In this document: one piece after another, positions 56,423-64,000 of the stretch
Position numbering within the stretch: the stretch's first letter is position 1
How the letters are laid out: each line of letters starts with the position of its first letter
Source: Macrostomum lignano
Taxonomy: Eukaryota
Length of the DNA stretch: 64,000 bases
Assembly (NCBI GenBank): GCA_002269645.1
Contig: NIVC01001478.1
Location: 62,001-126,000 of the forward strand
Direction: 5' to 3'
Program-made: the position numbers and the translations under genes
The notes under the pieces: model-generated
Database searches by the model: none
What the model was told of the DNA's origin: nothing
What the model saw: only the letters and a program-made list of their open reading frames with translations

Positions 56423-57499
56423 CTCTTCAGTCTGCTGCTTGATGGACAATTGGCGAAAGAAACGGTTAAACGAAAAGTTACTCAACTTTATCTGATCTCA
56501 TTGTTTTGAAGGGCTACTTTTCGTGAGAAAGCACTGAGTGCAATTACCCAGCCACATGAGATTTTTTTGATAAAAATTAAGCCCAGATATTTTCGACAGG
56601 CTAGAGCTCTGAGGCTTCTCATGCCACTCCAGTTACAACTGAACTGCAGAAGTCACAGCTTAATTCAGTCCTGTCCAAGCCCTGTGGTACTCAAGCCAAG
56701 CTCAGTGCGCTCATAAATGAAAAAAATTTGAGTTGTAACGCATTCTGCACAGCTAGCTAGTTGTGACTAGTGTTGCTCCTCGTGAATGAAGTCGATTCAC
56801 GTTAGTGAGCCAGCCATGGAATTCCTCACGGCAGATCTGGAGTGAGAAACTACCGCCTGAGTCTACATGTAGATTTCTTTTTAGCGTAGAGTCGCATAGT
56901 GTACTAAAGAGAATCAGCACGACAGTTTCCACTCCAGATACCATGTCTAGAAAACCATGGTTAATTTATAGTTATTCAGAACTCAAGATCGGCATCGATT
57001 CCCTAAACTCTAGGCCCAATGCACAGCAGTTCCTTGTTCAGCATGAAAGGTACAGAACGCCATGGTTTTTACGGCAATATCAAATCCAGTTTCAGGGACA
57101 CTCGATACTCCATAGTTTCCAATCCAGATCATAGGTCTAAATTCCATGGCCCATGGGCTGGCGCACAAACAGCTGCTCAAGGCTCCGCAACAAGCCCCGC
57201 TCGGCAGGGGAAACTTATGGGAGGGGGTGGTAGGGGGCTGGGGTTGGCGCACCTCCAGCGTGGCAAGTCAGCCTCGTGTTGCACGGAGTTCAACTCTCAA
57301 CTTAGTGCCTGTTTTTTCCTCCCATTCCTTCCCGCAATAAACTTGACTCAACTGTGCGAATCTCGATTCGCCTTCGTCAAATTTTTGCGCACGCGCTGGG
57401 AGGGGAGGAGGGATTGGCGAAGCTCCGTCTGCCTTTGGGGTCATAAAACTACTCGTAAGCACGTGTGGTCTGGCTGCTCAACCAGAACCTCAGATCAAA

Positions 57500-57932
57500 T
57501 CGGAGACCAGAGACTAGAGACCGGAGAACAGAGACCGGAGACCAGAGACAAGAGACCAGAGATCAGAGATCAGAGACCAGAGACCAGAGATCAGAGACCA
57601 GAGACCAGAGACCAGAGATCAGAGACCAGAGACCAAAGACCAGAGACCAGAGACCAGAGACCAGAGACCAGAGATCAGAGATCAGAGACCAGAGACCAGA
57701 GATCAGAGACCAGAGACCAGAGACCAGAGATCAGAGACCAGAGACCAAAGACCAGAGACCAGAGACCAGAGACCAGAGACCAGAGATCAGAGATCAGAGA
57801 CCAGAGACCAGAGATCAGAGACCAGAGACCAGAGATCAGAGACCAGAGACCAGAGACCAGAGAACAGAGACCAGAGACCAGAGACCAGAGACCGGAGACC
57901 AGAGACCAGAGACCAGAGACCAGAGACCGAAG
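57500..57932. repeat. (ACCAGAG)n heptanucleotide repeat
   Basis: Directly visible with ATCAGAG variants. Confidence 0.96.
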
Positions 57933-58393
57933 ACTCAAGCATCAAGAAGAAGTGCGTCTCATAGGAGAACATGTCTTATTCTAGGTAAATACTATTTTTT
58001 GTTTTACAAAATCGCCTTGCATTTTGATTGACTACGTTCCTTCTTTTAGATGAATTCTAGAGAAGGAATGATATTTAATCCAAAAACTTACCCTCAAGAA
58101 ACGAATTGAAAGTACAGAAATCTTCGTCGTGTTTTATCGCTCGTTTCTTAAGCTCCTTCTGGTCGATAGAATTATCTGGATTTATACCGTACTCGCTAAG
58201 TGTGAGTCGTGACTGGCTATTCAGGTTGGGTCGGATGTGCCGTCAAACCAGTGTGCGTCAAGATGAATGGGAGATTTGACTCTGGTCTGCGCGGGATCTG
58301 CGTTCAGGAAATGCCCCGTCTTGAGCGCTGGGGTTTCCAGTTTGTGCTTCGCGGACACGGGCTAGAAGTACAGTAAGGAGTTCAGTAGCCACC

Positions 58394-58535
58394 ACAGAAT
58401 GGGATAGATTCAGATGAGTTTACAACAGAATGGGATAGATTCAGATGAGTTTACAACAGAATGGGATAGATTCAGGTGAGTTCACAGAATGGGATAGATT
58501 CAGGTGAACTCACTGACACAGAATGGGTTAGATTG
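58394..58535. repeat. Short ~30-bp tandem repeat (ACAGAATGGGATAGATTCAGATGAGTTTACA)
   Basis: About 4 copies visible. Confidence 0.8.
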
Positions 58536-59225
58536 CTTGAGCTTTTCATTCCAATCAGATGTGAGGGTGCAATTACATATTAGTTGCCCAGCTGCAAGGG
58601 TCAGGGTTCTTGGCCTTTTGTCAAACACCGTGCTCAAGCAGGGTATTCGTCACTACTCACAGTGACGCTATAACAAGCTCAGTTGTGGTAAACAGGGAGA
58701 GCGTACGACTTACTTCACTGATTTAAGCGAGACCATTTGTGAGTTTCGTGATCCTAATAGAGTTCTTTAAAACCGGAGTCAGCCAGAGCATGACCACCTG
58801 CTGATTTCTTAGCGACTGTTGGCGACTTGGCTTGGCAAACTGGAAAATTGCGGCTCAACCCCTTTGGGGAGTCATTGATCTTCGCCCCTCCACCCACACT
58901 CTCGCTCTGCTTCTACTCGGCAAGGCTGAATGCTGCAGACCAAGCAACCTCCATTATGGGGGGGGAGACTCTGGTAACAGAGGGATAGGGTTGAGAAGAC
59001 AGCTTAAAATGAGACGTTGAACTCTATACTGTAGAAGAGCAACGTAGGGACAGCCGATCGGAGGTCTCCCAGTCTTGGCAGCTGACTCTGCTGATCGACC
59101 GTGAGGTGAAAAATACTGCTTTAGGATTGACTGAACAGCATGGCACTGACGGCGGAAGAGGAAAGCCATCCTGTGTAAGAGTGGGAGTGTCTAACGTAAC
59201 TTTGAGCACGAAAACCTACGTCTGG

Positions 59226-60329
59226 GTTGGTCCTGGCATTCCCTTGACCAGCCACCGGTTTACTGACTGGTTTGGTCCTGCCATTCCCTTGACCAGCCAC
59301 CGGTTTACTGACTGGTTTGGTCCTGGCATTCCCTTGACCAGCCACCGGTTTACTGACTGGTTTGGTCCTGCCATTCCCTTGACCAGCCACCGGTTTACTG
59401 ACTGGTTTGGTCCTGCCATTCCCTTGACCAGCCACCGGTTTACTGACTGGTTTGGTCCTGTCATTCCCTTGACCAGCCACCGGTTTACTGACTGGTTTGG
59501 TCCTGCCTTTCCTTTGACCAGCCACCGGTTTACTGACTGGTTTGGTCCTGTCATTCCCTTGACCAGCCACCGGTTTACTGACTGGTTTGGTCCTGGCATT
59601 CCCTTGACCAGCCACTGGTTTACTGACTGGTTTGGTCCTGCCATTCCCTTGACCAGCCACCGGTTTACTGACTGGTTTGGTCCTGCCTTTCCTTTGACCA
59701 GCCACCGTTTACTGACTGGTTTGGTCCTGGCATTCCCTTGACCAGCCACTGGTTTACTGACTGGTTTGGTCCTGCCATTCCTTGACCAGCCACCGGTTTA
59801 CTGACTGGTTTGGTCCTGCCTTTCCTTTGACCAGCCACCGGTTTACTGACTGGTTTGGTCCTGTCATTCCCTTGACCAGTCACCGGTTTACTGACTGGTT
59901 TGGTCCTGGCATTCCCTTGACCAGCCACTGGTTTACTGACTGGTTTGGTCCTGCCATTCCCTTGACCAGCCACCGGTTTACTGACTGGTTTGGTCCTGCC
60001 TTTCCTTTGACCAGCCACCGTTTACTGACTGGTTTGGTCCTGGCATTCCCTTGACCAGCCACTGGTTTACTGACTGGTTTGGTCCTGCCATTCCCTTGAC
60101 CAGCCACCGGTTTACTGACTGGTTTGGTCCTGCCTTTCCTTTGACCAGCCACCGGTTTACTGACTGGTTTGGTCCTGTCATTCCCTTGACCAGTCACCGG
60201 TTTACTGACTGGTTTGGTCCTGGCATTCCCTTGACCAGCCACCGGTTTACTGACTGGTTTGGTCCTGCCTTTCCTTTGACCAGCCACCGGTTTACTGACT
60301 GGTTTGGTCCTGCCATTCCCTTGACCAGC
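59226..60329. repeat. 45-bp minisatellite upstream of the transporter exon
   Basis: TGGTTTGGTCCTGGCATTCCCTTGACCAGCCACCGGTTTACTGAC units; 15-aa periodic ORFs. Confidence 0.97.
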
Positions 60330-60387
60330 AAATTGTCACCAAGCTGGTTGGTTCTGCAGAAAGCCCCAACCCCCCCCCCGCAATTGA

Positions 60388-61788
60388 AGCCCAGCCCAGC
60401 AGCACAGGCGAAGGGAGCTCTGGGCCTGGCTGATCCTGGGCTGCGCAGCCACCAACGTCATCTTCCTCGGCGGCAAGCGACGCGCATTCGGCGTCTTTGT
60501 TGCCCAACTGCACGCCGAGTTCAACGGGACGATCTCCCTCGCCGAGCTCAACTGGATTGGCGACTCCTACGCCGCCGTAGGCTACATGACCACAACGCTG
60601 AGCACCTCCGTTATCCTGAGCAGTGGCCGGCGCTTCCAGTTCTTCCAGATGCTGGGCACCCTGGCCATCCTGCTCGCCTGCATCACTAGTGCGTTCGTGC
60701 CGAACCCGCACTGGCTGTTCCTGACGCACACCGTCTTCCACGGCGTCGGCAGCTCGCTGATCCTCAGCACAGTCGGCCTGGTAGTCAACGAGCACTTCGA
60801 CAAGCAGCATCCGTACCACATCCTTGCTACGACTCTCGTGTCTGGCGGTTCAATCGCCTCCATCCTGTTCGTGCAGCTGTACGCTTACTTGATCGAACTG
60901 TACACCTGGCGAAACGCCTTCATCATTCTTGGCGTCATTTACTTTTTCGTCAACATTTCTGGCAGCATTTTCTTCACTAAACGCGAAGAACTGCCGCCCT
61001 ATTCCAGCAACAAGCAGTGCTTCGGCGCCTTCTGGGAGGTGGAACGCTCCAAGGTGCCCTACCTGCTGTTGTGGTTCCTCGACCGCGTCATGACCAGCAT
61101 CGTGACGTACGGCATGTTGCTGAACCTGGCCGACTACGTGCGCAGGCGGGAGTCGTCGCTGACTAAAAGCTCGCACCTGACTTTGCTATTCGCTTCCGGA
61201 GAGGCTTCGACCTACGCCATCGCAGCCGTGCTGGCCATCGCTACGAAAGACTTTCTCAAAGGCCGGCTAAAGTACATCCTCAGCGTCACTACCTTCATCA
61301 TGGCCTGCAGCCTTGTCTACTGGGAGGTGGTGGCTTCTAACAAGACTCTGAGCTACATCCTGGCCTACATCTCCGGCTTCTGCATGGGACCCAGCATTAC
61401 ATTTTTGTTCCCGGCTGGCGAGGAGATGACCACCTTGCCCGGACACCTGGCCTACCCGTTCAGCCTGGCCGGCATGGGGGTCGGCATGGCGCTGTCGCCC
61501 TCGGTCACTGCCATGATCGCCGAGCGCTACGAATATCGATACTTCTTCGTCATCCAGGGCTTCCTGATATTCATCAAGTTCCTGGCACTACTGCTCATCA
61601 TCATCATGCTCAAGGCGGCCAGTCGCAGGGACCGTTACGAGCTGCTCAAGCAACTCGACGTGGAGACCGCGACCCAGCAGCAGCAGCAGCTGGAGCACGA
61701 TCCCGAGGCCTACTCGGAGCTGGAGCGTGGCGACATCGCCGTTGGACGCCGGACTGCAGCGACCATCGTGAATAGCAAAATCAACTAA
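60388..61788 (+). CDS. MFS transporter, SLC16/monocarboxylate-transporter-like; 5' end unresolved
   Basis: The frame is open from 60388, upstream of the Met at 60586, and encodes WAWLILGCAATNVIFLGG..RAFGVF (TM1-like), HGVGSSLIL...VVNEHFDK...ATTLVSGGS and YTWRNAFIILG, with about 12 hydrophobic segments. Confidence 0.8.
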   Translation, partial: SPAQQHRRRELWAWLILGCAATNVIFLGGKRRAFGVFVAQLHAEFNGTISLAELNWIGDSYAAVGYMTTTLSTSVILSSGRRFQFFQMLGTLAILLACITSAFVPNPHWLFLTHTVFHGVGSSLILSTVGLVVNEHFDKQHPYHILATTLVSGGSIASILFVQLYAYLIELYTWRNAFIILGVIYFFVNISGSIFFTKREELPPYSSNKQCFGAFWEVERSKVPYLLLWFLDRVMTSIVTYGMLLNLADYVRRRESSLTKSSHLTLLFASGEASTYAIAAVLAIATKDFLKGRLKYILSVTTFIMACSLVYWEVVASNKTLSYILAYISGFCMGPSITFLFPAGEEMTTLPGHLAYPFSLAGMGVGMALSPSVTAMIAERYEYRYFFVIQGFLIFIKFLALLLIIIMLKAASRRDRYELLKQLDVETATQQQQQLEHDPEAYSELERGDIAVGRRTAATIVNSKIN

Positions 61789-61794
61789 ACTGAT

Positions 61795-62166
61795 CGGGAT
61801 GGAGTGAGGTGAACGGCAGCACTCAAAGTACAGGGATGGAGTGAGGTGGGTGGCAGCACTCAAAGTACAGGGATGGAATGAGGTGGGTGGCAGCACTCAA
61901 AGTACAGGGATGGAGTGAGGTGGGTGGCAGCACTCAAAGTACAGGGGTGGAGTGAGGTGGGTGGTAGCACTCAAAGTACAGGGATGGAGTGAGGTGGGTG
62001 GCAGCACTCAAAGTACAGGGATGGAATGAGGTGGACGGCAGCACTCAAAGTACAGGGATGAAGTGAGGTGGGTGGTAGCACTCAAAGTACAGGGATGGAG
62101 TGAGGTGGGTGGCAGCACTCAAAGTACAGGGATGGAGTGAGGTGGGTGGCAGCACTCAAAGTACAG
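61795..62166. repeat. 37-38-bp minisatellite immediately after the transporter stop codon
   Basis: GGGATGGAGTGAGGTGGGTGGCAGCACTCAAAGTACA units. Confidence 0.95.
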
Positions 62167-63764
62167 GATTGCTTCAGTTCACCCAGCTGTAAAATGGGTG
62201 CCAGCATTAGCTGGGGTAATTGAGGGTGTGTGTGGCGACCCCCCAGTCTTGGACTGAACAGCCGTGCCGTACGCAACCTTCAGATGCGCCGCGCAATAGC
62301 TGCGGCTGAGCTGTCGGTTGCACATCTGCCCATTACGGCAGGTGCAATCAATTCTTATTATTACTTCTGCTTGCTCGGATTTGTCTTTACTAGAGAAATC
62401 ATCCCTGCCCAGAAGTTCAAGCATGTTTTCTATTTAGCGTATAAAAAACTTCAATTTTAATTTGTTATTCAGCATTTTAACTAAGCTGTTCATAAACTCT
62501 CCAATATTTTATGAAGACGTTTCAGTCCTAAACGTAATTTCAGAACGAGTTGGAAAGATTTAGAAAGGAAACTGAGGCCTTTGATGCTCCATCTGATTTC
62601 ACCCCCCCCCCCAATTTCGAGTGCTTTTGAATTGCTTTTCTTCCAAATTTGGTGCAAGTCTGACTTATTTTGCTTCCTCCGTGCGAATTTAGAATTTTAA
62701 AATTACGTGAACTCGTTTCTGGCATTTTAATTAATCGTACGCTCTAATAAACATGCAATATAATGTTGAATATAAATATTTGCAAACACAAACGTATTTA
62801 AAGCAGGCAAGCGAGACCGTAAAAAACACGGGCAAAAATGAGACGCATTCTTTAAAAAGCTTTCAAAAAGAGTTACTTTTTCTTCGAAATAAAACATCGC
62901 TTTCATTCATCTGTTGAACAAATACACACAAACACTACTGCCCACTAGCCTAGTAGTAGTTGAGTGCAAGCATGACAATTATAAATTTACAAAAAACGTG
63001 AGAAAATATAAGAGCATTTTAATAAAGCGTCTACAAAAAGCAAATGTGAAGTAAATAAGCAATCAAGCTTGCGTACCTGCAGCAGGTGTGCGAGAACTGT
63101 GTTTCACTAGCTGTGCTAAGAATAAGCACTACACACATTCGAACACTGCTTTACACAAGCAAAATATTAAACAGAAATCAAAATAGTGAGAACAGTTAAA
63201 CAGACATTTATTTCACGAATAGCCTTGAAGCGACGCAAAGCATTGAATTTTAAAATCACAAATTTGTACTTTTAGCAAAAAAGCACACTGCAGCTACAAC
63301 TGGACACTGGAGACGGCTACGGATAAGCAGCAAAAAAGCAACAAAAACATTTCTGCAACTGGGGCGGAGGTGCGCCTTTCTTTACAAGGATCAACAAGAC
63401 GTGTTGAAACGGAGCAACAGGGTGCGGGCGGCTATGACTCTCTAATCATGAATTATTAATCGAGACATGACTCAAAATATATTGATATAATAAGATAGAA
63501 AAGTGTGTTTCAAACTGCATGCATCGAATTTAAAAGCTTGTTCAACATCAGATAAGAATGTCCTTCTTGCCGAACGCGTCATAGTGAAGGGGCGCAACCG
63601 AGCTGAGCGCGGCGGCATGCAGCGAGTCATAATTGGCTCCCGGCAGCATTAGGGAGGCCAAGCTCGACTGGGGGAGCGAGTCCACGTAGCCTAGCAACGG
63701 GGGTTGGCGAGCTGGCGAGTTAATGACGGCTCATCAAAGCCATGTTCTTCTATGGACAGTTGCA

Positions 63765-64000
63765 CGGTCACTCATGGATCACTCATGGGTCACTCATTGG
63801 CTCATGGGTCACTCATTGGCTCATGGGTCACTCATTGGCTCATGGGTCACTCATTGGCTCATGGGTCACTCATTGGCTCATGGGTCACTCATTGGCTCAT
63901 GGGTCACTCATTGGCTCATGGGTCACTCATTGGCTCATGGGTCACTCATTGGCTCATGGGTCACTCATTGGCTCATGGGTCACTCATTGGCTCATGGGTC
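63765..64000. repeat. 19-bp minisatellite (GGGTCACTCATTGGCTCAT), runs off the window end
   Basis: Directly visible. Confidence 0.95.

Noticed and set aside
57019-58031. ORFs with RDQRPET / SLVSGLW repeats
   Set aside because: Translation of the heptanucleotide repeat.
59106-60689. 15-aa periodic ORFs fused to the transporter region
   Set aside because: 45-bp satellite; likely intronic or upstream non-coding.

Overview
Eukaryotic (animal) genomic DNA, extremely rich in micro- and minisatellites, with GC-rich coding islands. The style resembles a free-living flatworm such as Macrostomum, but that is inference only. The first half is one structure: a 31,735-bp chain (2426-34160, minus strand) of five Helitron elements joined head-to-tail. 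It sits without a target-site duplication at an A|T dinucleotide inside a 39-bp satellite, and the two flanking arrays rejoin in perfect register when the chain is removed. One member carries a 9-exon STPR-OTU-Zn-Rep(HUH)-PIF1 helicase gene with three lesions; the other four are non-autonomous and mostly filled with minisatellites. Next is a 2.3-kb long-TIR element with an 8-bp TSD (hAT-like) carrying a dead Ty3/Gypsy RT fragment. The second half holds four host genes separated by satellites: an intronless DEG/ENaC channel, a 4-exon KLHL10-like BTB-BACK-Kelch gene, a cytosolic sulfotransferase and an SLC16/MCT-like MFS transporter. Most long ORFs in the supplied track are translations of tandem repeats.
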